Positions 19,853 through 30,696 are shown, numbered from the stretch's first letter. The stretch is DNA of 64,000 nt from an uncultured delta proteobacterium (GCA_963745835.1 CAVUZH010000014.1:320001-384000); one strand, 5' to 3'. Program-made: numbers and translations. Notes: generated by a model not told the origin, from the letters alone.

Positions 19853-21382
19853 ATGGATTCTTTCTGGGGTGCTTTTGTCGGAATTTTATCTTGGCCGTGC
19901 GTCGGGTTTCTTGTTGGCGGAACACTTTTAGGATTAATACTGGGAGTGATCCCGGGTCTTGGTGGAATTACGATTTTAGCTCTCCTATTGCCGCTTACCT
20001 ACACCATCGATTTCCAATATTCGATCGTGTTGATGACTGCAATCCTGGCGGTCACTATCACGAGTGATACCATCCCTACTATATTGATCGGCGTTCCGCC
20101 CACTGCGGGCGCTTCGGCAACACTTCTAGACGGCCACGCGATGGCGCTTAATGGAGAAGCCGCGCGCGCGCTGGGCGCTTCTTACACAAGTTCGATCATC
20201 GGCGGGGTGCTGGGTGCCATTTGCCTCTGGTTGTCGATTCCCATTCTGCGTCCATTTGTCTTGGCTTTCGGGCCGCCTGAGATCTTTGTAGTAGCATTGT
20301 GGGGACTAAGCATGCTGGGAGCGCTTAGCAGTGGAAACATGCTCAAAGGGTTGGCTGCCGGATTCGTTGGGATTCTTCTAGGCACCATTGGACGATCTCC
20401 CAACAGTGGTATCTACCGGTACAGCTTCGATATCCCGTACTTAATCGATGGCCTGAAGATTGTCACCGTATCTCTCGGACTATTTGCGATTCCAGAAGTG
20501 ATAAAAATGGCGACGGCAAAGGGATCAATTCCGGGAGGCAAAATTCGCGGCAATCTCTTACGTGGACAATTGCAGGGAATGGCAGATGTCTTTCGCCATT
20601 GGGCCTTGCTGATCCGCGGCAGCCTGATCGGCGTATGGATAGGAGTAGTACCAGGCGTTGGTGCTGTGACTGCCGACTGGTTTGCCTATGCCCATGCTGT
20701 GCAGTCGGCAAAAGACAAGAGCCGTTTTGGCAAAGGCGATGTTCGCGGAGTCATTGCACCGGAAGCGTCAAACAACTCGTGCAAAGGCGGCGACTTTATA
20801 CCTACCTTAGCATTTGGCGTACCCGGTAGTGCCAGTATGTCGCTCGTTCTTGGAGCGTTTCTAATTGCCGGCATCCACCCGGGCCCCAATATGCTTACGA
20901 CGGACATTGGAATAACCTATACGATTATTTGGGCCTTGGCTCTGGCTAATATCGTCGGCGGCGGTATTTGCCTGCTCGCCACTTCGCAAATTGCTAAACT
21001 GCTCTACCTGCCCCAACACTATCTTATTGCCGTCATCACGACTTTTCTTATTCTAGCGGTTTACATCGGAGCCAAGGACATTGGTGACATATTGGTCATG
21101 ATCATATTCGGCGTCCTTGGTTTTGCTATGAAACAGTATGGCTGGGCACGGCCGCCACTTATCGTGGGCTTTGTACTTTCGAACATCGCCGAATGGAACT
21201 TCGTGATATCCATCACATTAATGGGCATCTCCTGGATCTGGCGGCCCATGGTGCTGGGAATGATTGCTATCTTTGTTTTGAATCAGATTTGGACTTTCCT
21301 AAAGGAGCGGCAAATCGCCAGAAATGAAGCCGTAAAACGGCTGGCCCCGAGTCCTATGAAGGAGGACAACGATGAAAATTAA
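19853..21382 (+). CDS. tctA: Tripartite tricarboxylate transporter large permease TctA
   Basis: GVIPGLG, DGHAMA, FGKGDVRGVIAPEASNN and PTLAFGVPGS motifs; polytopic. Confidence 0.93.
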   Translation: MDSFWGAFVGILSWPCVGFLVGGTLLGLILGVIPGLGGITILALLLPLTYTIDFQYSIVLMTAILAVTITSDTIPTILIGVPPTAGASATLLDGHAMALNGEAARALGASYTSSIIGGVLGAICLWLSIPILRPFVLAFGPPEIFVVALWGLSMLGALSSGNMLKGLAAGFVGILLGTIGRSPNSGIYRYSFDIPYLIDGLKIVTVSLGLFAIPEVIKMATAKGSIPGGKIRGNLLRGQLQGMADVFRHWALLIRGSLIGVWIGVVPGVGAVTADWFAYAHAVQSAKDKSRFGKGDVRGVIAPEASNNSCKGGDFIPTLAFGVPGSASMSLVLGAFLIAGIHPGPNMLTTDIGITYTIIWALALANIVGGGICLLATSQIAKLLYLPQHYLIAVITTFLILAVYIGAKDIGDILVMIIFGVLGFAMKQYGWARPPLIVGFVLSNIAEWNFVISITLMGISWIWRPMVLGMIAIFVLNQIWTFLKERQIARNEAVKRLAPSPMKEDNDEN

Positions 21383-21851
21383 TCATGAGAGCTACTTTAC
21401 GATATTCATGATGGTAATCTCCTTTGCCGCTGCCGCATATGCATTTACTCAATGGGAATTTAAAACGGCGGTGGTTCCGGCGCTCTGTGGTGGGGGAGCA
21501 TTTATTTTGTGTTCTTTCCAGCTTTTAAGAGAGCTGAGAGGAAAGAAAACTAAAACCGCGCGGATAATGGATACAGGTTTTGATAAAGACAAAACTACAG
21601 AGCGAGAGAATATGGTCGGTGCAATAAAGTACTTTGGAATCTTGGTCGGGTTGTATATCAGCATCTATATCATCGGAATTTACCCGAGCATCGGACTTTT
21701 TGTGGTTCTATACCTGCTGGCATCCGGCGAGGTCGGCGCGGCAAAATCTATACTGGTTGCCGCCTCCATTGTAGGGGTGGTTTATTTTATCATCAGTGAA
21801 GTTGCCCAGGAGGCGCTACCAGACCCACTGGTTTACAGACTTCTCTCCTAA
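21372..21851 (+). CDS. tctB: TctB small membrane subunit
   Basis: 159 aa with 4-5 hydrophobic segments; overlaps the end of tctA. Confidence 0.75.
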   Translation: MKINHESYFTIFMMVISFAAAAYAFTQWEFKTAVVPALCGGGAFILCSFQLLRELRGKKTKTARIMDTGFDKDKTTERENMVGAIKYFGILVGLYISIYIIGIYPSIGLFVVLYLLASGEVGAAKSILVAASIVGVVYFIISEVAQEALPDPLVYRLLS

Positions 21852-21968
21852 AATTTGTGTGATTTTGCTTTGAACTTCTAAGTGCCTCAAGAAAAAACTG
21901 ATGGCGCACGTAGAGGCGACTCTTCTCTTCGGACGATCATGCTAATCAGACATGTCTAGAATTCCATT

Positions 21969-22364
21969 ATGGCAATTATCTCCGTCACCCGGCTTCACTT
22001 GCGTTCCTTGCGCTTTTTCCCCGGATTCTTTTGGTACACCAGGCGCTCGATGTGGCAAGCGAAAAGAACCCCGGGTAATCTTGGCGTTAGCGTGAGAAAA
22101 ACAAAGGGGCTGGCCTTCTGGACGTTGGCAATGTGGCGCGACAATCAAGCGATCAGAGCGTTTGTGCCGGCTTCGCCTCATAGAGAAGCCATGCAGAAGT
22201 TGCCGCACTGGTGCGATGAAGCCGCCTTTGCCGATTGGGAACAAGATACGGCTGATTGGCCGTCCTGGGAAACCGCTAGGGGAAAATTGGCTGCTACGGG
22301 ACGATTGGTTGACGTGCTGCATCCATCAAAGCAACACAAGGCAGGCAAAATCGAGACTTCTTAG
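21969..22364 (+). CDS. DUF3291/ABM-like ferredoxin-fold protein
   Basis: SVTRLHLRS, FWTLAMW and HREAMQKLPHWCDEA motifs. Confidence 0.65.
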   Translation: MAIISVTRLHLRSLRFFPGFFWYTRRSMWQAKRTPGNLGVSVRKTKGLAFWTLAMWRDNQAIRAFVPASPHREAMQKLPHWCDEAAFADWEQDTADWPSWETARGKLAATGRLVDVLHPSKQHKAGKIETS

Positions 22365-22555
22365 GACCAGCTCCTGCAGAGAAGATCGATCGCCGAAAAA
22401 GTGGACTAACTCCCCCATTGCACGTCTCAGGATATTGCCGTCTGATTGTTAAGCGCAGGTTAATAACCGGCAAAGTTCTCCAAAAAGGATTGACTGAGAC
22501 CCGTACACGCGATAGCTGTATCCCAGTAAAAACTATTAGGAAAGGAGAATAATTT

Positions 22556-23212
22556 ATGGCGGTTCGAATTAACGATATTGCGCCGGATTTTACGGCGGAG
22601 ACGACCCAAGGCAAAATCAATTTTCATGAGTGGATCGGCGATAACTGGGCGATCCTATTTTCCCATCCGAAGGATTTTACGCCGGTCTGCACCACCGAGC
22701 TCGGCTATATGGCCAGACTCAAGCCTGAATTCGATAAGCGCAACTGCAAGATTATCGGACTGAGCGCCGATCCGCTTAGCGATCACCAGGGTTGGTCCAA
22801 GGACATTCAGGAAACACAGGGGCACGCACCGAACTACCCGATGATCGCCGACCCGGAGTTAAACGTCGCCAAGCTCTACGACATGCTCCCGGCCAGCGAA
22901 ACCCCCGGCAAGCGCACTGCTGCAGACAATCAAACTGTGCGCACGGTATTTCTCATCGGGCCGGACAAGAAGGTTAAGGCGATGCTGATCTATCCGATGG
23001 CCAGCGGCCGCAATTTCGACGAAGTGCTGCGTCTGCTTGACTCGCTGCAACTCAGCGCCAAGCACACGGTGGCGACGCCGGTCAATTGGAAGCCGGGCGA
23101 TGACGTTATCATTCCGACATCTGTTTCCGATGATGACGCCAAGAAGAAATACCCGCAGGGCTTCAAAACGCACAAACCCTATCTGCGCACAGTATCGCAG
23201 CCGGGCAAGTAA
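22556..23212 (+). CDS. 1-Cys peroxiredoxin (Prx6 family)
   Basis: FSHPKDFTPVCTTE, GRNFDEVLR and ATPVNWKPG motifs. Confidence 0.95.
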   Translation: MAVRINDIAPDFTAETTQGKINFHEWIGDNWAILFSHPKDFTPVCTTELGYMARLKPEFDKRNCKIIGLSADPLSDHQGWSKDIQETQGHAPNYPMIADPELNVAKLYDMLPASETPGKRTAADNQTVRTVFLIGPDKKVKAMLIYPMASGRNFDEVLRLLDSLQLSAKHTVATPVNWKPGDDVIIPTSVSDDDAKKKYPQGFKTHKPYLRTVSQPGK

Positions 23213-23268
23213 TGTCTTTCGTAACCCGGAGAAGCTGAAATCGTGGATGGCGTGGTAAAGCGAGACAG

Positions 23269-23317
23269 GAAAGCTGAAACGTGAGGAAGCAAACGAGATC
23301 CTCTGTTTCAGCTTTCC
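23269..23317. terminator. Hairpin between convergent genes
   Basis: GGAAAGCTGAAAC ... GTTTCAGCTTTCC inverted repeat. Confidence 0.5.
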
Positions 23318-23341
23318 GCTTTCCTAATTCGTCCTTTCCTT

Positions 23342-24007
23342 TCATCGCCAATGCGGCGGATAGGTGCGCTCGTAACCCGTTAGCGCTTCGATCCGTTTCA
23401 CCCATGCCGAGAGATTCGGGAACGTATCGGCCAGCGGCAGAAGTTCCAGCTTCAGCGATTTTGCCGCGTCTTTGCCTGCCGCTCGCAGGATAGTTTGAAC
23501 CAACGGGAACAAGCTAATGTCGGCGGCCGAAATCTGTTTGCCAACCAGCCACGCCGAACCGGATAGCTCTCGATCGATGCGCTGCAATTCCTGGCGGACA
23601 GCTTGCGCCGCTTGTTGAATTTTTTCGGTCTCATCAAGCCCTTTGCCGAAGAAAACCGGCCGGATCACTTTATCTCCCGCGCTGAGCAAATAAGCTTCGG
23701 TCTCCATGACGGCCCGCCAGATGAGGCCGGTCTCTTGTGGCGAGGTGCCAAACAGCGGCGGCTCGGGACATTTTTTATCCAGATAGGCCATGATCGCAAG
23801 CGATTCATTCAGCACGAAATCGTCGTCTTTCAGCAGCGGCACTTTACCGCGCGGGTTGAGCTTGAGAAACCCGGCAGCTTTATGATCGCCCTTTGAGAAT
23901 TCCAAAAGTGTCGATTGGTATGCCAGACCTTTCACTTCCAACGTCAACATGACGCGCCAGGCAAACGGACTGCCGCTGCCCCAGTAGAGTTCCAAAGCCA
24001 CTCGCAC
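23342..24007 (-). CDS. Glutathione S-transferase family protein
   Basis: SGSPFAWRV, LNPRGKVPLL, ESLAIMAYLD and SAADI motifs. Confidence 0.93.
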   Translation of the reverse strand: MRVALELYWGSGSPFAWRVMLTLEVKGLAYQSTLLEFSKGDHKAAGFLKLNPRGKVPLLKDDDFVLNESLAIMAYLDKKCPEPPLFGTSPQETGLIWRAVMETEAYLLSAGDKVIRPVFFGKGLDETEKIQQAAQAVRQELQRIDRELSGSAWLVGKQISAADISLFPLVQTILRAAGKDAAKSLKLELLPLADTFPNLSAWVKRIEALTGYERTYPPHWR

Positions 24008-24031
24008 CTCCAGATTATAGATTTGGACAGT

Positions 24032-25054
24032 TTAGTTCTTATATAGCGCTTGCAAAAACCCCTCTTTGTCCAGTTCATCGAGGATCGTAAAATCGATGAA
24101 CCGGCGCGGATCAGCGGTTTTAGCCGCGGGCATTTTATCCAGGCCCTCTAGGATCGTCTTGACTCCTTCTACGGACGTGCGCGGAATGCGCAGCATGTTC
24201 TTGGCCTGTAACGCATAGGCCTCCTTCACTTCATCTCTATTTTTTGCGCGCGTCCATTTCTGAATCACCTTGACGGTGAACTCTTCGTCTTCCTGATAGG
24301 TCTTCATGCCTTCGAGGAAGCCGCGCATGAATCGCTTGGCAAGGTCGCGCTGCCCATCGAGGAAACGTTTTCTCGTGACCACCGTGCCGGTGATATAGGT
24401 TTTACTGATCTTGGTCATGTCGAATAACTCGACGAATCCGAGATTTTTCGCTCGGATGTTATTGGGAATCGATATCGGCGCGGCATCGATGACGCCATTG
24501 ACCAGGCCTTGAACCAACAGGCCCATTTCATTGAGTTGAATCATCGAAACATCCGTGGATGGGTCTAACCCCCACATTTTGAGCGTGGCCCGCGCCAGAG
24601 CATCCGGTGTCGCGCCGAACCGGGTGACGCCAACTCTCTTGCCCTTGAGATCCTGCGGCGATTTGATCTTGGAGTTGACGATAAAGCTGTAGAGCGGCTT
24701 GTCGAGAATTGCGCCCATGAAAACGGTATCGGCGCCGCTAAGATTGGAGCTCACGGCCCCATCCGTCGCAGATTGCACGATCGCCACCTCCCCCGCCAGC
24801 AGCGCCTGCAGCGCGGTGATACTGCTGGCGTGAATCAGTTCGACATCGACGCCGTGCTTTTTGAAATGGCCCGCCTCTAAACTGATCCATGGAATCGCTT
24901 GGTTAACCGTGATGGCGCTGTAGGCAAGCCGCAGGGGCGTGAGCTTCGCTGATTCAGCGGCGTTGCCGCTAGCCATCGGATTTAAACCCAACAGCCAGAT
25001 GACCGACCAAAAGAGCAGAAATCTACTTTTCATCGTTACAAGAAATGTCGGCAT
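24032..25054 (-). CDS. ABC substrate-binding protein, NMT1/SsuA-like
   Basis: Signal peptide; GHFKKHGVDVEL and IKSPQDLKGKRVGVTRFG motifs. Confidence 0.87.
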   Translation of the reverse strand: MPTFLVTMKSRFLLFWSVIWLLGLNPMASGNAAESAKLTPLRLAYSAITVNQAIPWISLEAGHFKKHGVDVELIHASSITALQALLAGEVAIVQSATDGAVSSNLSGADTVFMGAILDKPLYSFIVNSKIKSPQDLKGKRVGVTRFGATPDALARATLKMWGLDPSTDVSMIQLNEMGLLVQGLVNGVIDAAPISIPNNIRAKNLGFVELFDMTKISKTYITGTVVTRKRFLDGQRDLAKRFMRGFLEGMKTYQEDEEFTVKVIQKWTRAKNRDEVKEAYALQAKNMLRIPRTSVEGVKTILEGLDKMPAAKTADPRRFIDFTILDELDKEGFLQALYKN

Positions 25055-25431
25055 ACACCCTCCCACCGTTCACCTTTAGCAATATTCGACTTCTGCGCCT
25101 CGGATCAAGAGGGTTTTGTCTTACAGACGTACATCTTAAACTCGAAGTACGCCGGACAGCAGGGCGGTGTCAGAACGTAATCACAGCGCCATGAGAAGAC
25201 GTCGAACCGGATTTCGACCGATTTAGTTTAACCCGCTAGATGTCCAATTGAGACCTCGGGAAGTCACGGACCGAAGTCTAGGGACATTTTTTTGACGATA
25301 TGGCAGCAGGATCAAACGCACCATCATCGAACATTCATTCGAAAAATGGGTTGCCAAATGATCGCGCTATGGGAGATAGTGCCGGTCTACCCCTTTCAAA
25401 CGCGATAATCTCTACAAGGAGAGCTACGTTG

Positions 25432-27213
25432 ATGGCAGACTCAATTTCCCACGATGCCCGCTGGAGCGAATATCCCGGCGACGAATGGTCTGACGCCATG
25501 GTCCAGGCGATGAAGCTTGGCGGAATCGATCATCTGTTCTTTGTTTCCGGTTCCGAGATCGCTTTCTGGCAGGAAAGCATCGCCAAAGCGCAGGAGAGAG
25601 ATTGGCCCGCGCCCAAATTAGTTACGGTGCCGCACGAGAGCGTGGCGCTGAACGCTGCTCTCGGCAGCGCGATGATCAGAAACCAGCCAGCAGCCACTGC
25701 AGTGCACGTCGATGTTGGAACATTGAATTATGGCGGCGCGATCCATACCGCCTGGCGCGGTAATTACCCGGTGCTGATCACCGCCGGAACCGGACCGCGG
25801 GCGTATGCCGGCTCGATGACCGGCGCGCGCAACAGTCCCGTGCAATGGGTCCAGGAGCCACGCGATCAGGGCGGCATCGTCAGGCAATACACTAAGATCG
25901 ATCATCGCCTGGAGCATCAGGACAATCCAGGATTTATGATCAGCCGCTTATTGCAGGTCGCCATGAGCGAGCCCAAAGGCCCGGTCTATCTTGCCGCGCC
26001 GCGCGAAACGGCAATGATGAAGATTCCTGGCAAGACATACTTCCCGACGCGCGATGAGCTTGGCGTTGCGCGACCGGTGTGGCCCGATCCCACCGATGCC
26101 AGACGGGCGGCGCAGTGGCTCATTGAGGCGCGCAATCCGCTCATCTGCTGCGCTACTGGCGGACGCAATCCTGAAGCAGTTGCCGAAACTGTTCGGCTCG
26201 CCGAGTTACTCGCATTGCCGGTAGTGGATTGCGACCGCATAGACCGGCTGAACTTCCCGAGCACTCACCCGCTTTACGGCACCGGACCGGAGATCAAAGA
26301 TGCCGATGCGTTGCTGATGCTCGAAGCGCTGGTGGCTTACACCACGCCCAATAGCGCGCCACGACCCGGCACTAAAGTTATCTGGGCCGATGCCGATCCG
26401 GTGATGTCGGCGTATAAGACCATGGACTTCCAGGCCGATCTCTGGCTTCCGGTGACCGCAACGACCGCGGCCCGCGCCATCTATGAAGCGGCGACTGCTC
26501 TCCTTTCGAAAAGCGACATGAGCCGAATCGCCGAACGACGCGAGCGATTAGAGGCAAGCAAGCGCGAAATCAACCACAACAATGAGCAAGCCGCCATTGC
26601 AGCCGGACGGCGCAAACCGACGCACCCGCTCTGGGTCGCCTATCAACTCGGAAAGATTCTCGAACCGAACGCCATCGTGCTCGATGATTCCATCAGCAAC
26701 TCGGATTTCGTCTGCGCGCATCACCGGAGAACTCAAGCCGGCACCTACTTCGCGAGCGGCGGATCATCCGGCGGCTGGGGCGCCGGCGCGGCGTTGGGAG
26801 CCAAGCTCGCCGCACCGGAACGTGATGTCATCCTGGCAACCGGCGACGGATACTTTATGTTTGGCACGCCGATGCCGGCATTGTGGACTGCCGCCCATTA
26901 CAAAGCGCCTTTTCTCACACTGATATTCGTCAACCGCTCCTACAGCACGGGAACCAACGGCCTCCGCAGAACCTATCCGAGCGGCGTCGCAGTGCGCACG
27001 GAGAATTTTGAAGGCGGCGTATTTGATCCGCCGCCGGACTTTTCCAAACTCGCCGAGTCCGCCAACTGTTACGGCGAGACTGTGCGTGAACCGGATGAAA
27101 TAGGCACGGCGCTCAAACGAGGATTGGAACAGGTGCGCAAGGGAACGCCCGCGTTGGTCGCGGCGTATTTACCGACTTTGGTCGAGGAGATGTCGTTGGT
27201 GGCGCGGAAGTGA
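25432..27213 (+). CDS. TPP-dependent enzyme (acetolactate synthase/benzoylformate decarboxylase-like)
   Basis: PHESVA, VHVDVGT and TGDG...VN motifs; AAGGAG RBS before ATG 25432. Confidence 0.88.
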   Translation: MADSISHDARWSEYPGDEWSDAMVQAMKLGGIDHLFFVSGSEIAFWQESIAKAQERDWPAPKLVTVPHESVALNAALGSAMIRNQPAATAVHVDVGTLNYGGAIHTAWRGNYPVLITAGTGPRAYAGSMTGARNSPVQWVQEPRDQGGIVRQYTKIDHRLEHQDNPGFMISRLLQVAMSEPKGPVYLAAPRETAMMKIPGKTYFPTRDELGVARPVWPDPTDARRAAQWLIEARNPLICCATGGRNPEAVAETVRLAELLALPVVDCDRIDRLNFPSTHPLYGTGPEIKDADALLMLEALVAYTTPNSAPRPGTKVIWADADPVMSAYKTMDFQADLWLPVTATTAARAIYEAATALLSKSDMSRIAERRERLEASKREINHNNEQAAIAAGRRKPTHPLWVAYQLGKILEPNAIVLDDSISNSDFVCAHHRRTQAGTYFASGGSSGGWGAGAALGAKLAAPERDVILATGDGYFMFGTPMPALWTAAHYKAPFLTLIFVNRSYSTGTNGLRRTYPSGVAVRTENFEGGVFDPPPDFSKLAESANCYGETVREPDEIGTALKRGLEQVRKGTPALVAAYLPTLVEEMSLVARK

Positions 27214-27410
27214 GAATACGTTCGGGGTCAGCAGTAGAAAAATCGGGGCCACTCTTACTATGCCGAAAAAGTCGTCAGGCAACCGCCGCGATCTACTATG
27301 TTGCGTCATTAATAATAGCCATCGTAAGCCTCGGGCAAAAACGCGCTACGAAAGCGAGCTGTGATAACTGCATCGCGCGTGGTCCCGAGCGCTAAAGTTG
27401 CTCGAACTTT

Positions 27411-27614
27411 TCAGTGGCGTGTTGTCACTACCTCCGTGAGCCGAGGGTCACAAGTCACGCACAGAATAGAATACGAATTACCGTTCGGATCTAAGAACAT
27501 ACGAACATCGTGCCCTCCCACCAGGTGGCTGTCGATGAACTTCTGAAACGCTTCAAAAGCATAAGAACTATGACGTTCATTGGATTGCGATTGCTCTAAT
27601 TTGTCCTTGCTCAT
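27411..27614 (-). CDS. Small hypothetical protein (67 aa, one CxxC)
   Basis: GGAGG RBS then MSKDKLEQ...LCVTCDP. Confidence 0.45.
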   Translation of the reverse strand: MSKDKLEQSQSNERHSSYAFEAFQKFIDSHLVGGHDVRMFLDPNGNSYSILCVTCDPRLTEVVTTRH

Positions 27615-27990
27615 TTTGCCTCCTGGATGCTGTACGAGTAAAAATGCGCGGGGTATATAGCATAGCTTTTTACGTGAGTCACGCACCCGGTATTTCGAGC
27701 AAGGTACGGTAGCAATTGGTGAGCTTCAATCGGAATCATCACAGCTAAATGGCGTTGCATCCTCATTCAGAGCCCAATCAAGTGAGCGGTCGGGCAATTG
27801 TACGTCTTGTACAGCGCGGACCAGTACCAGGGGTTTTTACCGCAAGCCAAAAATCGAATATGGCTGGAACAAACTTCAACGCTGTTGACTTCCCAGCGTT
27901 TCGACATTAACAACGGATCGAGTAAGGAAAGCCACTCGAAAATCGGCCAATGAGATCGCGAGATCTCATTGTGAAAAAAGGAGCAAGACT

Positions 27991-28167
27991 ATGGCAGACC
28001 AGAACTGCGCGCACGCTGGCTGCGTTTGTAAGATCGAGCACGGACACGGCGTCTCACGAGGAAATGAAAATTACTGCAGTGATCACTGTGCACAGGCTGG
28101 CACGGGACGGTCTGGCCAGTGTGTGTGCGGCCATCCGGATTGCGAGACAGCAGGGATGACCCGCTGA
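27991..28167 (+). CDS. Bacterial metallothionein (BmtA/SmtA-like), 58 aa
   Basis: Not in the ORF track. AAGGAG RBS; MADQNCAHAGCVCKIEHGHGVSRGNENYCSDHCAQAGTGRSGQCVCGHPDCETAGMTR has 8 Cys and 5 His in a CxHxxCxC / YCSxxC / CxCGHxxC layout. Confidence 0.85.
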   Translation: MADQNCAHAGCVCKIEHGHGVSRGNENYCSDHCAQAGTGRSGQCVCGHPDCETAGMTR

Positions 28168-28523
28168 GCAATCCCTTGTTGGTCGAAAGTCGGTCAGGAG
28201 CTAAAGAGTAGCTCCTGAAGTGCCTTAGAGATTGCGGCAACAGAGCACTTTCATTTCTCATCCAAAGCATCCGATGTCTTTCGACGTTCGCTTGAAAATC
28301 GGCCTCCCGGAGAGCTTGCGAAAATTTCTCGTGCTCGATACGTGCAATGCCTAATTCCCTTTCCGTATCACTTCCGTGTAATCAGGGAAGTCACCATCGA
28401 TGAGCCGCAGCCAGATCGTCTGCTGCTTTCATAGCGCATTCTAGGCTGAACAGTCTTCTAAAGTTCGTTTGTCATCACGAAACGCTTGCCTTTGTCGAAT
28501 TCTGTCATGCGAGTCGCTGGTGG

Positions 28524-28559
28524 CTTTCCTGCATGGGCCTACTTTCCTGCATGGGCCTA
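28524..28559. repeat. Exact 18-bp tandem duplication
   Basis: CTTTCCTGCATGGGCCTA twice. Confidence 0.85.
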
Positions 28560-28575
28560 ATTGGTGGGATCTCAC

Positions 28576-28590
28576 TGGTGCATTTATTGC
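28576..28590 (+). promoter_or_regulatory. Sigma-54 promoter candidate
   Basis: TGGTGCATTTATTGC, about 75 bp before ATG 28666. Confidence 0.55.
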
Positions 28591-28665
28591 ACAATCACGT
28601 GGAAGCGCCGCTAAAGCGCAATCCCTATTTATCACAAATCGTAAAAAGGAGCCGTCCTAGGAAGC

Positions 28666-29028
28666 ATGAAGACATCTAAACCAATCACAGGTCGCAATTC
28701 ATTGCTGTTCGTAATTGGCCTAGTCGTATTGTTTGGTCTAAACGGTTGTGCTGGCGGATCGCTCACTACCCGGGAAAAAGGTGCAGGAATTGGCGCTGTG
28801 GGAGGCGCAGGCGCCGGAGCGCTTATCGGAAGTGCGGTTGGACGAACCGGTGCTGGAGCAGCAATTGGCGGAGTTCTGGGGCTAGGTGCGGGAGCCTTGG
28901 TCGGCGATCAGCTCCAAGCTCAAGAAAATATCAACCAGCAGCAACAGCAACAAATCCAAGCGAATCAGGCTGAAGTCGAGCGTCAACGATTAGAGCTTCA
29001 CCGCATGAAGCAGCAGCGAGAATATTAA
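28666..29028 (+). CDS. Glycine-zipper lipoprotein
   Basis: Lipobox LNGC; TTREKGAGIGAVGGAGAGALIG...; Gln-rich coiled tail. Confidence 0.85.
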   Translation: MKTSKPITGRNSLLFVIGLVVLFGLNGCAGGSLTTREKGAGIGAVGGAGAGALIGSAVGRTGAGAAIGGVLGLGAGALVGDQLQAQENINQQQQQQIQANQAEVERQRLELHRMKQQREY

Positions 29029-29475
29029 CCCCTAGAACGGATAAGAGTAGCCCTCATTTCACATAGGTCGATTCAGCACCGGCACCAGCCTCTTTCCGCT
29101 GTGGCACGTGAGTCCAGATCACTGGTCGTGGCCCACTCACATTACCTGCTGAGATCTCCAGCAGCGACACACGCGTCCTCACTCAAGCCAGTGATTCTAG
29201 CCGCCCACTGCCGCGGTGTTCCCCCGTGCCAATGGCTACGCCCATCTCTTCGGAATCAATCAGTGAAATGTTCGCTCGCAGTAACGACAGCGATCACCGC
29301 AGCCGAATCCTTTCGAGCAACGCAACGCTTGCTGTCGAACTTAATCAGAGAGCTAGTCCTTACCGCCAGATAGCTGCTGGACGGAGTGCGCGTATATATC
29401 GGTTCGCAAACTGGACCCGGCTGCGCCTGCCGCCGGGGTATGTTTCGAGATTCCACCCGGCGGTAGTACACTAAC

Positions 29476-29871
29476 CTATGACTGGTTGATTACAGTGCTG
29501 CGCACGAGGAGCAGGCTAGCTACTGATTTCGTATGCACCAAACGGATGAAGCTATCAGAGTGATAATTGCTGCCTGAGATGATTAACGCCTCTTCCTTAT
29601 GGTTGGACCCAATGTGGCGAAGAAGTGCGGACCACTTTAAGCTTCCAACTCTTCGGCGCGCAGCTAAATGGTCAAGGTTTCGCCCAGCATACGAGTAAGG
29701 TCGCACGATTTCTCTAAAGCGATGGCGTGAAAGAATCATGGAGCCGGGAAAAGGTAGGAATCGCCAGCGCGGCTTCTTCAACCAGGTGAGAACGTGCTTC
29801 ACAGAGAAACAAGCAAGGACCGCCACAGATACAACAACGAACGACGCTGCAATCATCACGTCCCATACCAT
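29476..29871 (-). CDS. Hypothetical protein with an N-terminal TM segment
   Basis: GGAGG RBS; hydrophobic N-terminus. Confidence 0.35.
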   Translation of the reverse strand: MVWDVMIAASFVVVSVAVLACFSVKHVLTWLKKPRWRFLPFPGSMILSRHRFREIVRPYSYAGRNLDHLAARRRVGSLKWSALLRHIGSNHKEEALIISGSNYHSDSFIRLVHTKSVASLLLVRSTVINQS

Positions 29872-30312
29872 TGGAGCAACCTCCTCCTGACTGACACCCG
29901 TAGGCGAACGAAAGAGACGCTTTTGATCACAAATTCCTATCCTATCAAGGTGTAATCGATATGTTCGACTTTTCAGTTTTCATAAATCGCCTATCGATTA
30001 AATTCGCTAGGAAATAGCCGATGAGCGCCGAAGCCGCGACGCCTAGGACCGCTGCAATGAGGAAATAGCTCAACAGTACCGTCATATGTTCTTCTCCTGG
30101 CCCAAAGTTTTGGGCCTCGCCGGCGCAGCGCCCTTTGATAGCTTCTCAAAGATGGGCACAACGCTGTCGCTGCGCAGCGAGGGCGCGGTTAATAGCACAA
30201 CGGCTACGGGTGAATCAAGTGCCAGCAACCCAGTGTGCAGCTCTAGGGTCTCAGCTTGCCGTAGTAACGCCGCGTCATATATCATCACTGAAGAAATCAG
30301 GAGAGAACAACT

Positions 30313-30696
30313 ATGCGTGGAAAGCCATTTCAAGTAGGCGGAGTTATAAACTTTGCAAACGGCGAAGAGACAAAAGACATTCAGTTACCGAAGATAGCTA
30401 AGGATAGGCTGTTTGTTGTGGAGTTTGTCGGCATAAACGGTTTTGTGCAGCAGAATCAAACTCTCTTTGTGTCGCTTGAAGTCTACACGAACTTCGTTCC
30501 AGGTATTTACCCAATCGTCACAAGCGGAACCTCGACTATTTCAGATCCTGCTTTTCCAGGTAGAAGATTTGGAGGTCAACGGGTACTGCTTTATGCAGAC
30601 CCCGATAGCCAAATTATAGTCACTGCAGCCCGACACAATGGTAATGCGGAAGCTCGGATTTTCGTGGACATCTCTGGGAGGCTCATCAAACCTTAA
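30313..30696 (+). CDS. Hypothetical beta-rich protein
   Basis: AGGAG RBS; alternating beta-strand pattern (PFQ...RLFVVEFV...LYADP...SGRL). Confidence 0.6.
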   Translation: MRGKPFQVGGVINFANGEETKDIQLPKIAKDRLFVVEFVGINGFVQQNQTLFVSLEVYTNFVPGIYPIVTSGTSTISDPAFPGRRFGGQRVLLYADPDSQIIVTAARHNGNAEARIFVDISGRLIKP

